Shown piece by piece: positions 1-9,847 of a DNA stretch of 64,000 bases (the stretch's first letter is position 1; each line of letters opens with the position of its first letter). Below the pieces are notes generated by a model, which was given only the letters and a program-made list of their open reading frames with translations, did no database searches and was not told the DNA's origin. Location of the stretch: contig JABLWX010000003.1 in NCBI GenBank assembly GCA_013178315.1, forward strand, positions 2,855 through 66,854. The letters are read 5' to 3'. The stretch is from Candidatus Aminicenantes bacterium (lineage in GTDB: Bacteria > Acidobacteriota > Aminicenantia > Aminicenantales > Saccharicenantaceae). The translations under genes and the position numbers were made by a program.

Positions 1-1
1 G

Positions 2-445
2 GAAAGGGAGCGGGCCTGGGCCTCAAAGCAGACCCTTTTTCCCCGGGTGCTGGAACTCACGCCTAAACAGCAGGTTAATTACCAGGACTGGCAGTCCGAG
101 CTGGAGAAGCTTGGTTTCAGGCTGGAACCGATGGGTGGGCTCAGTTTTGCCCTGAAAGAATACCCCGATGTTTTCCGGGAAGAAGAAGCTTCGGACATCC
201 TGGTGTCTCTTCTGGAAGACGAAGAAGAAGGCAAATTCCAGACCAGGCGAGAAAAAATGATAGCCACCATGGCCTGCAAGGCGGCGGTCAAGGCCGGCCG
301 GGTCCTGGCCCGGGAAGAAATGGAATTCCTGGCCTCGGAACTGTTTTCCACGGAAACACCCGGCCTGTGTCCCCATGGCCGCCCGGTGATCATCAGGCTG
401 GACCGTTCCAGGATAGAAAGGACCCTGGGCCGGGAGCCGGAATGA
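2..445 (+). CDS. mutL: DNA mismatch repair protein MutL, C-terminal fragment (5' end lies outside the window)
   Basis: The frame is open from the window edge, so the listed start at 47 is an internal GTG. The C-terminus ...TETPGLCPHGRPVIIRLDRSRIERTLGR carries the conserved MutL C-terminal CPHGRP ending. Confidence 0.8.
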   Translation, partial: ERERAWASKQTLFPRVLELTPKQQVNYQDWQSELEKLGFRLEPMGGLSFALKEYPDVFREEEASDILVSLLEDEEEGKFQTRREKMIATMACKAAVKAGRVLAREEMEFLASELFSTETPGLCPHGRPVIIRLDRSRIERTLGREPE

Positions 446-514
446 GCCCCGGTTTCACTGTCCCCTGTTAAATTGACAATTTAAGGTCCTTTCTGTTAAC
501 ATTTTAGCTAAAAA

Positions 515-548
515 CCAGGGCGGGAAGGCCCTGGTGCTTTTTGATTTT
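515..548 (+). terminator. Rho-independent terminator after mutL
   Basis: CCAGGGC-GGGAAG-GCCCTGG hairpin (7-bp GC-rich stem) followed by TGCTTTTTGATTTT. Confidence 0.6.
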
Positions 549-560
549 CAGACCCGGAAA

Positions 561-635
561 CGGGGAGTGGCGCAGCCTGGTTAGCGCGCCTGCCTTGGGA
601 GCAGGAGGTCGTCGGTTCAAATCCGATCTCCCCGA
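561..635 (+). tRNA. tRNA-Pro (anticodon TGG)
   Basis: Folded by hand into a cloverleaf: acceptor CGGGGAG/CTCCCCG, D arm GCGC..GCGC, anticodon arm CCTGC-CTTGGGA-GCAGG, T arm GTCGG-TTCAAAT-CCGAT, discriminator A. CCA is not encoded. Confidence 0.9.
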
Positions 636-657
636 TTTTCTGATACGTGGCACCTGT

Positions 658-731
658 GCGCCTGTAGCTCAGTAGGATAGAGCAGCTGCCTTCTAAGCAG
701 CGGGTCGGGGGTTCGAATCCCTCCAGGCGCG
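658..731 (+). tRNA. tRNA-Arg (anticodon TCT)
   Basis: Acceptor GCGCCTG/CAGGCGC, D arm GCTC..GAGC, anticodon arm GCTGC-CTTCTAA-GCAGC, T arm GGGGG-TTCGAAT-CCCTC. A T-run follows. Confidence 0.9.
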
Positions 732-1241
732 TTTTTTATTTTCCCCTGTTTGGTGCCTTCCGGTATTCCAGCCATCCCGGGATAAGCCCGACCCTGGCTG
801 CAAACTTCTTTTTAGATATTTCAATCTGGCTGGTTCTTTCTGGTTCTGTGGGGTAATAGAAGAAAATAAAAGCAAAACCCGGGCCGGTTGATTGCACCGT
901 TGCTCGGTACCGGAAACCTTCCTCAGGAAGACCTAATTGCCTTACGGTTTCGGGAAGAGGGGATGAAAAGCAGTGAAAGAAGGCCTGGCGTTCGCTGGCT
1001 GCGAACGTTCTGGTTGTTATCCGGAACTCTGTTAATCAGGCACCCGGCACAGGAAATGCCTGCCTGTTATGCCCGGGAAGGGCCAGAGCCTTAGAACAGT
1101 CTTCCTGAAGTTAAGAGAGACGGGAAGGCCGCAAAATCAAAAGATGACATCAAAAAAAGAGAAAAACAGCAGGACCTGACAGGTTAAGAAGAAGGCTGGT
1201 GTTTAATTATTCAAAAAGGCTTAAGCGGGCATAAGGAAGTA

Positions 1242-2243
1242 TCAGCCCCGGGCTAACTGATATCTCTCGCGCAGGACGTCAACGCAGGCGTCAACAGCCG
1301 GGGGGTCATAGGTCAGGCCGCGGTTAACCTTTATTTCCTGGATGACCTCCTGAGGGCTGAAGGCCGAGCGGTAAGGGCGATGGGAGAGCATGGCTTCCAC
1401 CACGTCGGCCACGGCCAGGATCCTGGCCATGGGATGAATCTGGCCGTTCTTTAATCCCTGTGGATACCCCGAGCCGTCCAGCCGCTCGTGGTGCTGGTAG
1501 ATGATTTCAGCCACCGGCCAGGGGAATTCTATGGTCCGGATGATCTCATAGCCCACCCGCGGGTGGTCCTTGATCAGGCTGAATTCATGTTCGTTCAGGC
1601 GGCCGGGTTTGTTCAGAATTTCAGCCGGAACCGAGATCTTGCCCAGGTCGTGGACCAGGGCGGCCAGCCTTATTTCATCTATTTGTTCGGTCGGCAGCAT
1701 TAACCTGGTGGCAATAGACCGGGCCAGGTCGGAAACCCGGCGCTGGTGACCGGCTGTGTAGGGATCCCTGGACTCCACGGTCAGAGAAATGGCCTGGATT
1801 GTGGCCGACATGGTCTTCCTGAGTTTTTCCAGAGTCTGGTTAAGTTCTTCCTCAGCTTTCTTTCTTGAGGTGATATCTCTCAATATGGTCAGGGTCTGGT
1901 CCGGGTTTTCCTTGAGCTGGGAAGTGCTGGCCTCCACGTACCTGAGTTCGCCGCTTCGGGTTATGAGGCGAAATTCAACCAGCCGGGAATCTGAAGGAAG
2001 GCTTGGTTTGGCCGGAGCGGTCTTCCTGACTGAAAAAAGGTTACGGTCTTCCGGGTGAACCAGCTTCAAGAAATTAAAAGAGTTGGACAGAATTTCCTTC
2101 TCGGAGTAGCCGGTGAGGTGTTCAAAGGCCTGGTTGACGAATTCAAAACCGCGGGAAGAAACCACGTAGATGCTGTCCCGGGTGTTGTCGATTATGGCCT
2201 TTATTATTTCTCGGCTGTTATTCTTGATGTCATCAGCGGTCAT
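1242..2243 (-). CDS. PAS-domain HD-GYP protein (probable c-di-GMP phosphodiesterase)
   Basis: N-terminal PAS-like region, then an HD domain (HDLGK) and HHERLDGSGYP, the HD-GYP signature. I place the start at ATG 2243 (MTADD..), which has GGGAGAG 10 nt upstream. The longer ORF to 2351 has no RBS. Confidence 0.8.
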   Translation of the reverse strand: MTADDIKNNSREIIKAIIDNTRDSIYVVSSRGFEFVNQAFEHLTGYSEKEILSNSFNFLKLVHPEDRNLFSVRKTAPAKPSLPSDSRLVEFRLITRSGELRYVEASTSQLKENPDQTLTILRDITSRKKAEEELNQTLEKLRKTMSATIQAISLTVESRDPYTAGHQRRVSDLARSIATRLMLPTEQIDEIRLAALVHDLGKISVPAEILNKPGRLNEHEFSLIKDHPRVGYEIIRTIEFPWPVAEIIYQHHERLDGSGYPQGLKNGQIHPMARILAVADVVEAMLSHRPYRSAFSPQEVIQEIKVNRGLTYDPPAVDACVDVLRERYQLARG

Positions 2244-2550
2244 AACGTTATGCTCTCCCGCTTCCGAACATTTAGTCGGTCGGGAGTGACAAAAGTTGAA
2301 ATTTTTGTTTACAATCTTGAAAAAATTATCCAGCCGGATTATTATCCGCAAGCGTATCGGTTAAAGATGATGACGCAGAAGGGTTGATGCTGTTGAATAG
2401 CAGGGATTGTTTGAAGGTAGCCCTTTTGTGCCCCTTCAGGGGTGAGACAAAAAATGTTATTTTCACCCCCGGAATAGTCGTGATTGAGGATTGACCGGAT
2501 CGGACAACAAGCAGAAACTTGGTGCGCGATGGTAGAGGGCAAAATTTCCT

Positions 2551-2579
2551 TTGACAAATTTTGTCTTTGATGGTAGAAA
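2551..2579 (+). promoter_or_regulatory. Candidate sigma-70 promoter for pilB (TTGACA-17-TGgTAGAAA)
   Basis: Perfect -35 TTGACA (2551-2556), 17-nt spacer, extended -10 TGg + TAGAAA (2574-2579). It would leave a leader of only about 6 nt before the pilB ATG at 2592, so this is tentative. Confidence 0.3.
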
Positions 2580-2591
2580 GGTTCTTAAAAA

Positions 2592-4328
2592 ATGGCATCC
2601 AAACTCGGTGACATCCTGCTGAGGGAAAAGATTATCGATGCGGACCAGCTCAAGCAGGCCCTTGATTATCAGAAGAAGAATAATCTGCCGGTCAGTTCGG
2701 CTCTGGTAGCCCTTGGTTTTGTGACCGAAGAGGAAATAGCCCAGGCATTGAGCCGGCAGCTTGGCTATCCTTACATCGACCTTGACCAATTCGAAGTCTT
2801 TCCTGAAGTTATCAGCCTGATTCCCGCGGACGTGGCCAAGAAGTATATGGTCATGCCCATCCATAAGATTAAGTCCTTCCTGACGCTGGCCATGGTCGAC
2901 CCAACCGACCTGGAGGTTATCGAGGATATAAGGTTCAGGACCTCGTTGAGCATCCAGCCGGTCATTTCCACCGAAACCGGCGTGATGAATGCCATCAATA
3001 AGTACTATGGCGTCAGCGATGCTCTGAAGGTCAAGAAGCTTATCGAGGACATCGAGCTGGCCGACGAGGGCCGGATCAATGTCATTGACGAGAAGGAGCT
3101 GAACGAAGACTATAACATCACCGAGCTGGAACAGGCCAGCAACGAGGCTCCCATCATCACCCTGGTCAACCAGACCTTTATCGACGCCATAAAGAGGGGA
3201 GCCAGCGACGTTCACTTCGAGCCCTACGAGCAGCAATTCCGCATCCGCTACAGGATAGACGGTGACCTGTATGAAATCGCCGACCTGCCCATGAAGTTCA
3301 AGAACCCGGTCCTGTCCAGGGTCAAGATCCTGGCCAACATGGACATTGCCGAGAAGCGCCTGCCCCAGGACGGCCGTATCAAGATGCGGGTCAAGCTGGA
3401 GAACGGGAAGAAAAAAGAGGTGGACATGCGCGTCAGCTCTCTGCCCACCATGTTCGGCGAGAAGATCGTGGCCCGTATCCTGGACAAGGAAATGCTGCGG
3501 CTGGACCTGACCCAGCTGGGCTTTGAACCCGAGTCCCTGGAAATTTTCCAGGAAGCCATCCACCGGCCCTGGGGAATCGTCCTGGTCACCGGTCCCACCG
3601 GAAGCGGCAAGACCAACACCCTTTATTCGGCCATCTCCACTCTCAACACTCCCGACGTCAACATCATGACGGCCGAGGACCCCGTAGAATTCTATATCCC
3701 GGGGATTAACCAGGTCCAGATCAAAGAAGAGATCGGGTTGACTTTTGCCAATGCCCTGAGGTCCTTCCTGCGGCAGGACCCGGATATCATGCTGGTCGGA
3801 GAAATCCGTGACTACGACACCATCGACGTGGCGGTAAAGGCCGCCCTGACCGGTCACCTGGTTTTCTCCACTGTCCATACCAATGACGCTCCCAGCACCA
3901 TCAGCCGTTTGATCAACATGAACGTTGAGCCCTTCCTGATAGCCGACTCGGTCATCCTGATTGTGGCCCAGAGGTTGATCCGCCGCCTGTGCAAGAAGTG
4001 CTGTGAACCCCAGGACCTGCCAAAAAGGGCGCTCCTGGACATGGGCTTCGGGGAGAACGAGGTTGACGACCTGCACATCTTCAGGGCCCGGGGCTGCGAG
4101 GCCTGTAACAATACCGGCTACAAGGGCCGGACGGCTCTGTTTGAAGTCATGAAGATAACCGACGAAATTAAAGAGATGATCCTCAACCGGTCGACCACGA
4201 GGGAGATCAAGCGCCGGGCCATAGAAAACGGCATGATCACCCTGAGGCGGAGCGGCCTGATCAAGATCAAGAACGGGATCACCTCCGTTGAGGAAGTCCT
4301 GAGGGAAACCGTCAGGGATTGGGATTAG
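2592..4328 (+). CDS. pilB: Type IV pilus assembly ATPase PilB (GspE family)
   Basis: N-terminal T2SSE_N domain (LGDILL..IDADQL..AL), Walker A GPTGSGKT, Asp/His boxes, tetracysteine CKKCC..CEAC motif. Confidence 0.9.
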   Translation: MASKLGDILLREKIIDADQLKQALDYQKKNNLPVSSALVALGFVTEEEIAQALSRQLGYPYIDLDQFEVFPEVISLIPADVAKKYMVMPIHKIKSFLTLAMVDPTDLEVIEDIRFRTSLSIQPVISTETGVMNAINKYYGVSDALKVKKLIEDIELADEGRINVIDEKELNEDYNITELEQASNEAPIITLVNQTFIDAIKRGASDVHFEPYEQQFRIRYRIDGDLYEIADLPMKFKNPVLSRVKILANMDIAEKRLPQDGRIKMRVKLENGKKKEVDMRVSSLPTMFGEKIVARILDKEMLRLDLTQLGFEPESLEIFQEAIHRPWGIVLVTGPTGSGKTNTLYSAISTLNTPDVNIMTAEDPVEFYIPGINQVQIKEEIGLTFANALRSFLRQDPDIMLVGEIRDYDTIDVAVKAALTGHLVFSTVHTNDAPSTISRLINMNVEPFLIADSVILIVAQRLIRRLCKKCCEPQDLPKRALLDMGFGENEVDDLHIFRARGCEACNNTGYKGRTALFEVMKITDEIKEMILNRSTTREIKRRAIENGMITLRRSGLIKIKNGITSVEEVLRETVRDWD

Positions 4329-4337
4329 GAGGCATGA

Positions 4338-5450
4338 ATGGCAAAACCGATCTATGAACTGTTGAAAATTGCGGTGGAGGAGGATGCCAGCGACCTGCAC
4401 ATCACGGCCTACGTGCCGCCGCGGATCAGGGTCCACGGCAGGCTGAAGAACATAGACCACCCTCCCCTTCAGCCGGGAGAAACCCAGGACCTGATTTACA
4501 GCATCCTCAACGACAAGCAGAAAAAAATATTTGAAGAAAAGATGGAGCTGGACCTATCGTTTGGTATCAAGGAGCTGGGCCGGTTCCGGGTCAACGTCTT
4601 CAGGCAGAAGGGTTCGGTGGCCGCGGCCTTCAGGCGGTTTTTGCCGACCATGTGGAGCTTTGCCCAGCTGGGCATTCCCCAGCGGGTGGCCCAGCTCTGC
4701 TACCTGCCCCGGGGCCTGATCCTGGTCACCGGTCCGACCGGCTGCGGCAAGTCCACCACCCTGGCCTGCATGCTGGACCATATCAACCATGAACGGGATG
4801 TCCACATAGTCACGGTTGAGGATCCGATTGAATACTATTTCACCCCGAAGCGGGCTATCATCAACCAGAGAGAGCTGTTCACCGATACCCTGTCCTATGC
4901 CAACGCCCTGCGCTCGGTCCTGCGGGAGGACCCGGACGTGGTACTGGTGGGAGAGATGAGGGACCTGGAAACGGTGGAGGCGACCATGCGCGTGGCTGAA
5001 ACCGGGCACTTGACCTTTTCCACCCTGCATACCAACTCGGCCTGCGAGTCGATATCCAGAATCATCGACATTTTCCCCAGCCAGTACCAGGCCCAGGTCC
5101 GGGTGACCCTGTCCATGATCCTGGAAGCAGTTCTGACCCAGGCCCTGCTGCCCCGGGCCGACGGCAAGGGGCGGGTCCTGGCCATGGAGATACTGATCCC
5201 CAACCCGGCCATCAGGAACCTGATAAGAGAAAACAAGATTCACCAGATCTACTCGGCCATGCAGATGGGCCAGGAGAAATTCGGCATGCAGACCATGAAC
5301 CAGAGCCTGGCCAGCCTGTATTTCCGGCGCTTGATCACCCTGGATACGGCCATGGCCGTGACCTCCAACCAGGAAGAACTGATTGACATCATTCAGAGGC
5401 ATGAAGGAACCATGGTTAAAAAAGGAACCGGTTCTTTTACCGGGAAATAG
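4338..5450 (+). CDS. pilT: Twitching-motility retraction ATPase PilT
   Basis: Walker A GPTGCGKS, ETGHLTFSTLHTNSA, and the AIRNLIRENKIHQIYSAMQ motif typical of PilT. Confidence 0.9.
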   Translation: MAKPIYELLKIAVEEDASDLHITAYVPPRIRVHGRLKNIDHPPLQPGETQDLIYSILNDKQKKIFEEKMELDLSFGIKELGRFRVNVFRQKGSVAAAFRRFLPTMWSFAQLGIPQRVAQLCYLPRGLILVTGPTGCGKSTTLACMLDHINHERDVHIVTVEDPIEYYFTPKRAIINQRELFTDTLSYANALRSVLREDPDVVLVGEMRDLETVEATMRVAETGHLTFSTLHTNSACESISRIIDIFPSQYQAQVRVTLSMILEAVLTQALLPRADGKGRVLAMEILIPNPAIRNLIRENKIHQIYSAMQMGQEKFGMQTMNQSLASLYFRRLITLDTAMAVTSNQEELIDIIQRHEGTMVKKGTGSFTGK

Positions 5451-5484
5451 ATATGAGATTGAGAGATAAGTAAGGAGAAGGGCG

Positions 5485-6693
5485 ATGCCAGTTTATGTCT
5501 GGACGGGAAAAAATCGTTATGGTGACGTGGTCGGTGGGGAAAGGGTGGCTGAGTCCGTTGAAGAACTGACCAGGGCGCTGCAGAGAGACCAGATAGCGGT
5601 CATCAGCATAAAACCAAAGCGAGCCATTCCGGCTATTCCTTTCCTTAAAAGGGAAAAGGTCAGGCTTAAAGAGCTGGCCTTCTTCAGCCGGCAGCTTTCT
5701 GTTCTGATCGATGCCGAGCTGCCATTGATCCAGAGCCTGGGCCTGCTGGCCGAGCAGCAGAAGAACAGGTATTTCAGCCGGGTGATCACCGAGGTCAAGG
5801 AAGACGTGGAAGCCGGTTCGGCCCTGCACCAGGCACTGAGAAAGCATCCCAAGGTGTTTGACGACCTGTACTGCAATCTGGTGGCCTCGGGCGAGCAGAG
5901 CGGTTCGCTGGATACCATGCTGCGCCGCCTGGCCGATTACCAGGAAAGCATGATTAAGTTAAGGGCCAAGGTCCGCCAGGCCATGATTTACCCGGCGGCC
6001 ATTATCACCTTTGCCATACTGGTGGCCATCTTCATGCTGTGGAAGGTTATCCCGGTCTTCGGCAGCATCTACCAGGAACTGGGAGCCCAGCTGCCGGCCC
6101 TGACCGCGTTTGTCCTGGCCCTGAGCCGGTTTGTGCAGCGGTTCATCATCATCATCTTCCTCGGCCTGGTTGGCCTGGTTGTTGGTTTCAGGTACTGGCG
6201 GAAGACTCCTCCGGGGCGTGAAGCCGTTGACAGGGGGATGTTGAAGTTCCCGGTCATGGGCAATCTGATGAGAAAGATTTCCCTGTCCCGGTTCACCAGG
6301 ACCCTGAGCACCCTTATTTCGGGCGGCGTGCCGATGCTGGAAAGCCTGAAGATTGCTTCGACCACCACGGGAAACGTGATCATCGAGAGGCAGATCCTGA
6401 ATGCCAGGCAGATGGTTTCCGAGGGCAAGAGCCTGAATGATGCCCTGAAAGAAGCCGGGCAGGGGGAGTTCCCGCCGATGATGATCCAGATGGTCAACGT
6501 GGGTGAATCAACCGGTACCCTGGACGAAATGCTGGGTAAGCTGGCCAATTTCTTTGACGACGAGGTGGACGATGCCGTGACCTCGTTGCTGGCCGCCCTG
6601 GAACCGATGGTCCTGATTTTTGTCGGTGGTATCGTCGGCGGCCTGGTCATTTCCATGTACCTGCCGCTCTTTAACCTGATCCAGCAGTTCTGA
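5485..6693 (+). CDS. pilC: Type IV pilus inner-membrane platform protein PilC (GspF family)
   Basis: Two GspF-type repeats, 3 TM segments, 402 aa, located directly after pilB-pilT. Confidence 0.9.
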   Translation: MPVYVWTGKNRYGDVVGGERVAESVEELTRALQRDQIAVISIKPKRAIPAIPFLKREKVRLKELAFFSRQLSVLIDAELPLIQSLGLLAEQQKNRYFSRVITEVKEDVEAGSALHQALRKHPKVFDDLYCNLVASGEQSGSLDTMLRRLADYQESMIKLRAKVRQAMIYPAAIITFAILVAIFMLWKVIPVFGSIYQELGAQLPALTAFVLALSRFVQRFIIIIFLGLVGLVVGFRYWRKTPPGREAVDRGMLKFPVMGNLMRKISLSRFTRTLSTLISGGVPMLESLKIASTTTGNVIIERQILNARQMVSEGKSLNDALKEAGQGEFPPMMIQMVNVGESTGTLDEMLGKLANFFDDEVDDAVTSLLAALEPMVLIFVGGIVGGLVISMYLPLFNLIQQF

Positions 6694-6824
6694 GATCGGA
6701 GGCCAGAAAGCGAGGGTCTGACGGGCAGACCCCGGCGGCGGCAGCAGCGCGAATGGCTTGTGGGTCTGGTAATAGAGCCGGCCCGGGAGCCGGCAGAGAA
6801 AAGAATTAGGGCAGTTAGAAGGCC

Positions 6825-8111
6825 ATGAAAGAAAAGATCGAAAAAAAAGACCTTCTCCGATACATCCTGATCAGACTGCTCATCATCACCTCCATTCTGA
6901 TTGCCACCTTTATCATCCAGTATTCAACCGGGACAGATTTTCCGCCGGTCTTCATCATGGCCATAATCGTTTTCTACGGCCTGTCGCTGCTCTATTTCCT
7001 GCTATACCTGTGGGGCAAGTTCCTGGTGTTACAGGCTTACCTGCAGCTGATCTCGGACCTGTTGCTGATCACCTGGCTGGTCTATATCTCGGGCGGCATG
7101 TTCACGGCCACCTATTTCCTTTATATATTTGCCATCATTGCCGCCAGCCTGGTGATTTCGGAGAAGGCCACCTACCTGGCTGCCGGGTTGTCAGCGGTTC
7201 TGTTTGGCTTCCTGGTGGATGCCACCTATTTTGGCCTGATTCCCTATTTCCATCCTGACCAGGCGGTCAAGCAGGAATTCGGGTCGGTGCTGTTCAACCT
7301 GATCCTGGCCTGGGCCGTGTTTTTTGCGGTGGCCTTTTTCATGAGCTATCTAAGCCGCAGCTTGAAGAAGGCTCGGCACGAGCTGGAGCAGGCCCAGAAA
7401 GAACTTATCCTGAGGGAGCGCCTGGCTGAAGCGGGGCGGGTGTCGGCTACCCTGGCCCATGAAATCAGGAATCCCCTGGCCGCCATTTCCAGCGCTGTCC
7501 AGGTCTTAAAGTCCGAATATACCGGGAACGGGGACGTGGGTCGGATGATGGAAATAATCGTCCGCGAATCCAACAGGGTTTCCCAGCTGCTGGAGCAGTT
7601 CCTGGATTTCGCCACCCCGTCCAAGAAAATGTTCAGCGAAATTGACCTGGGGATGCTCCTGAACGAGACGCTGGAGATGCTGCGTTCGAGCGGAGAGCTG
7701 GACGGGAATAAGATCAGGGTGGACGGCAATTATCTCTTCCGGAGGATTGCTTACTACGGTAACCCCAATCACTTCAAGCAGATTTACTGGAACCTGATTA
7801 AAAACGCCATCAAGGCCATGCCGGAAGGCGGAAAGCTGAGTTTGAACTTCTACAACTCGCGGCGGGATGGCTTAAAAATAGTCATTACCGATAATGGATT
7901 CGGTATGAGTGAACAGGATAAAGAGAACCTGTTTGTTCCCTTTTACTCGGGCTTCGGCGAAGGGCGGGGACTGGGGCTGGCTACCGTCAAGAAGCTGGTC
8001 GAAGATTATGACGGCAAGATACAGGTGAATTCGGAAGTTGGCCGGGGCACCGAGGTTATCATCACCCTTCCCCTCGTGAATGAAAAAAAGAAAGGGGCAG
8101 AAGTAAGGTAA
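6825..8111 (+). CDS. pilS: Membrane sensor histidine kinase, PilS-like
   Basis: About 6 N-terminal TM helices, H-box LAHEIRNPL, N box NLIKNAIKA, G boxes DNGFGM / GRGLGL. Positioned between pilC and pilR. Confidence 0.7.
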   Translation: MKEKIEKKDLLRYILIRLLIITSILIATFIIQYSTGTDFPPVFIMAIIVFYGLSLLYFLLYLWGKFLVLQAYLQLISDLLLITWLVYISGGMFTATYFLYIFAIIAASLVISEKATYLAAGLSAVLFGFLVDATYFGLIPYFHPDQAVKQEFGSVLFNLILAWAVFFAVAFFMSYLSRSLKKARHELEQAQKELILRERLAEAGRVSATLAHEIRNPLAAISSAVQVLKSEYTGNGDVGRMMEIIVRESNRVSQLLEQFLDFATPSKKMFSEIDLGMLLNETLEMLRSSGELDGNKIRVDGNYLFRRIAYYGNPNHFKQIYWNLIKNAIKAMPEGGKLSLNFYNSRRDGLKIVITDNGFGMSEQDKENLFVPFYSGFGEGRGLGLATVKKLVEDYDGKIQVNSEVGRGTEVIITLPLVNEKKKGAEVR

Positions 8112-8126
8112 AAAGGCAGGACGAAG

Positions 8127-9542
8127 ATGGACACCATTTTAATCATCGATGACGAAAAGGGGCTGCTGGAAGTCCTGAACGTGGTCTTCAGGAAGGAAGG
8201 CTACGAGGTTAAGACTGCAACTTCCGGGGCCGAGGGCCTGGATATCCTCAACAGCAAATCGGTCGACCTGGTGATAACCGACATCCGGATGCCCCACATG
8301 AGCGGCATGGAAATTTTGAGGTACGTCAAGGAGAACCAGCCCGAGGTGCCGGTGATTGTCATTACCGCTTACGGCAGTATCCAGCAGGCGGTGGAGGCCC
8401 TCAAGGCCGGGGCCCTGGATTACATAGTCAAGCCGTTCGACGTGGAAGAGCTGAAGATACTGGTGGCCCGGGGGCTGGAGAGGAAGCACTTAGAGCAGGA
8501 AAACATCCTGCTTAAGAAGGACCTGAAAGAGAAGTACAAGTTCGAAAATATGATCGGCAAGAGCCGGTTGATGCAGGAAATATACCTGCTTATAGACAAG
8601 GTGGCCGGGACCGACAGCACGGTCCTGATTACAGGGGAGAGCGGAACGGGCAAGGAAATGGCGGCCAGGGCCATCCACAGTCTCAGCCGGCGGAAGGACA
8701 AGCCTTTTGTGACCATCAACTGCGCTGCCCTGCCCGAGAACCTGCTGGAGAGCGAGCTTTTCGGGCATACCAAGGGGTCTTTTACCGGGGCGATTTCTGA
8801 TAAAAAAGGCATGTTCGAGGTAGCCCACAAGGGGACGTTGTTCCTGGACGAAATAGGGGAGATGTCCCCTTGGACCCAGGTCAAGTTGCTGCGGGCCCTG
8901 CAGGAGAGAAAGATCAGGCGGGTCGGCGGGACGGAAGAAATCCCGGTCGATGTCCGGGTGATTGCGGCCACCAACCAGGATTTGAAGAAGCGGATTGAGG
9001 AAGGCAAGTTCAGGGAAGATTTGTATTACCGGCTGAACGTGATTTCCTTTGAGATGCCGCCGCTGAGGGAGCGGGTGGAAGACATTCCGCTGCTGACCCA
9101 GCATTTCCTGCAGAAGTACTGCCAGCAGATGGGGAAGAAGATGAAACGGCTGGCTCCGGAAGTGGTGGGGATTTTTGAGCAGTATTCCTGGCCCGGGAAT
9201 ATCAGGGAACTGGAAAATGTCATCGAGCGGATTGTGGCCATTGAAGACCGCGAGACCATCACCACGGCCTGTCTGCCGCCCGAGATGCTGGGCCTGGTTA
9301 AGAAAGATGAAATCAGGGTCGAGCTGGGACCAGGCTTTGACCTGAACCGGCACCTGGACGATATCGCCAAAAGGTATATAGTTAAGGCGCTGGAAAAAAG
9401 CGGGGGGCGGATGAAAAAAGCGGCCCCGATGCTGGGGGTGAGCTACCGCACCCTGCGCTATCTCATCGATAAGTACGAGCTAAAAGCGAAAATCAGGGAA
9501 GAAGAGAATAACCAGGTGGTTTCGAGTGGCAATGATAGGTAA
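8127..9542 (+). CDS. pilR: Sigma-54-dependent response regulator PilR (NtrC family)
   Basis: REC domain (DDE..DIRMP), AAA+ sigma-54 activation domain (GESGTGKE, ESELFGHTKGSFTGA), C-terminal Fis-type HTH. Confidence 0.85.
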   Translation: MDTILIIDDEKGLLEVLNVVFRKEGYEVKTATSGAEGLDILNSKSVDLVITDIRMPHMSGMEILRYVKENQPEVPVIVITAYGSIQQAVEALKAGALDYIVKPFDVEELKILVARGLERKHLEQENILLKKDLKEKYKFENMIGKSRLMQEIYLLIDKVAGTDSTVLITGESGTGKEMAARAIHSLSRRKDKPFVTINCAALPENLLESELFGHTKGSFTGAISDKKGMFEVAHKGTLFLDEIGEMSPWTQVKLLRALQERKIRRVGGTEEIPVDVRVIAATNQDLKKRIEEGKFREDLYYRLNVISFEMPPLRERVEDIPLLTQHFLQKYCQQMGKKMKRLAPEVVGIFEQYSWPGNIRELENVIERIVAIEDRETITTACLPPEMLGLVKKDEIRVELGPGFDLNRHLDDIAKRYIVKALEKSGGRMKKAAPMLGVSYRTLRYLIDKYELKAKIREEENNQVVSSGNDR

Positions 9543-9821
9543 GGCATAAATGTAAATAATAGAATCCCTGGCAACCAGGAAGAAAGTAACCGACCAATCA
9601 TGGTTACCCCCCGAACGCTCCTGTTCATTCGATTTAACTCAATTCTTATCTTTGCATAAATTTTAGGCGAGAGCCTAAGTTTCCAGCCTTAGGATTAAAA
9701 GTTAGGGTCAAAAAATATCTGAAAACCGCCCGGGATGGGGTAGTTATCAATCTGGAAGATACTCGGGTAGCCAGCTGGCTGGCAACCTGAAAATATGATG
9801 AATAATTTATAAAAAATAGAT

Positions 9822-9847
9822 ATTTGCCATCCTGTGCACGGGCAAAT
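9822..9847. promoter_or_regulatory. Inverted repeat ATTTGCC-N12-GGCAAAT, candidate enhancer (PilR) site
   Basis: Perfect 7-bp inverted repeat about 220 bp upstream of the sigma-54 promoter in an AT-rich 600-bp intergenic region. No known consensus was matched. Confidence 0.2.

Noticed and set aside
473-510. TTGACA hexamer upstream of the tRNA pair, considered as a tRNA promoter
   Set aside because: There is no acceptable -10 at a 16-18-nt spacing, and the mutL terminator lies between it and the tRNAs.
648-662. TGGCAC hexamer immediately before tRNA-Arg, considered as a possible sigma-54 -24 box
   Set aside because: The -12 position reads CGCC rather than TTGC, and the motif overlaps the 5' end of the tRNA.
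888-1094. 68-aa ORF in the tRNA-flanking region
   Set aside because: It has no RBS, an Arg/Gly/Pro-biased composition and no recognisable motif.
2463-4460. 665-aa ORF antisense to pilB. Similar long antisense ORFs occur at 4554-5402, 8490-9353, 23117-25306, 36339-37292, 45543-46571, 48788-49624, 49618-50364, 59655-60641, 60801-61493 and 62223-63203.
   Set aside because: Each lies opposite a gene with clear family motifs. Their translations are low-complexity and rich in G/L/R/V/H/Q/D, as expected for stop-poor antisense frames of GC-rich coding DNA. None has a recognisable motif or an RBS.
6714-6732. GGGTCTG-ACGGG-CAGACCC hairpin between pilC and pilS
   Set aside because: No U-tract follows it. 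It may be a processing or pausing site, but it is not supportable as a terminator.
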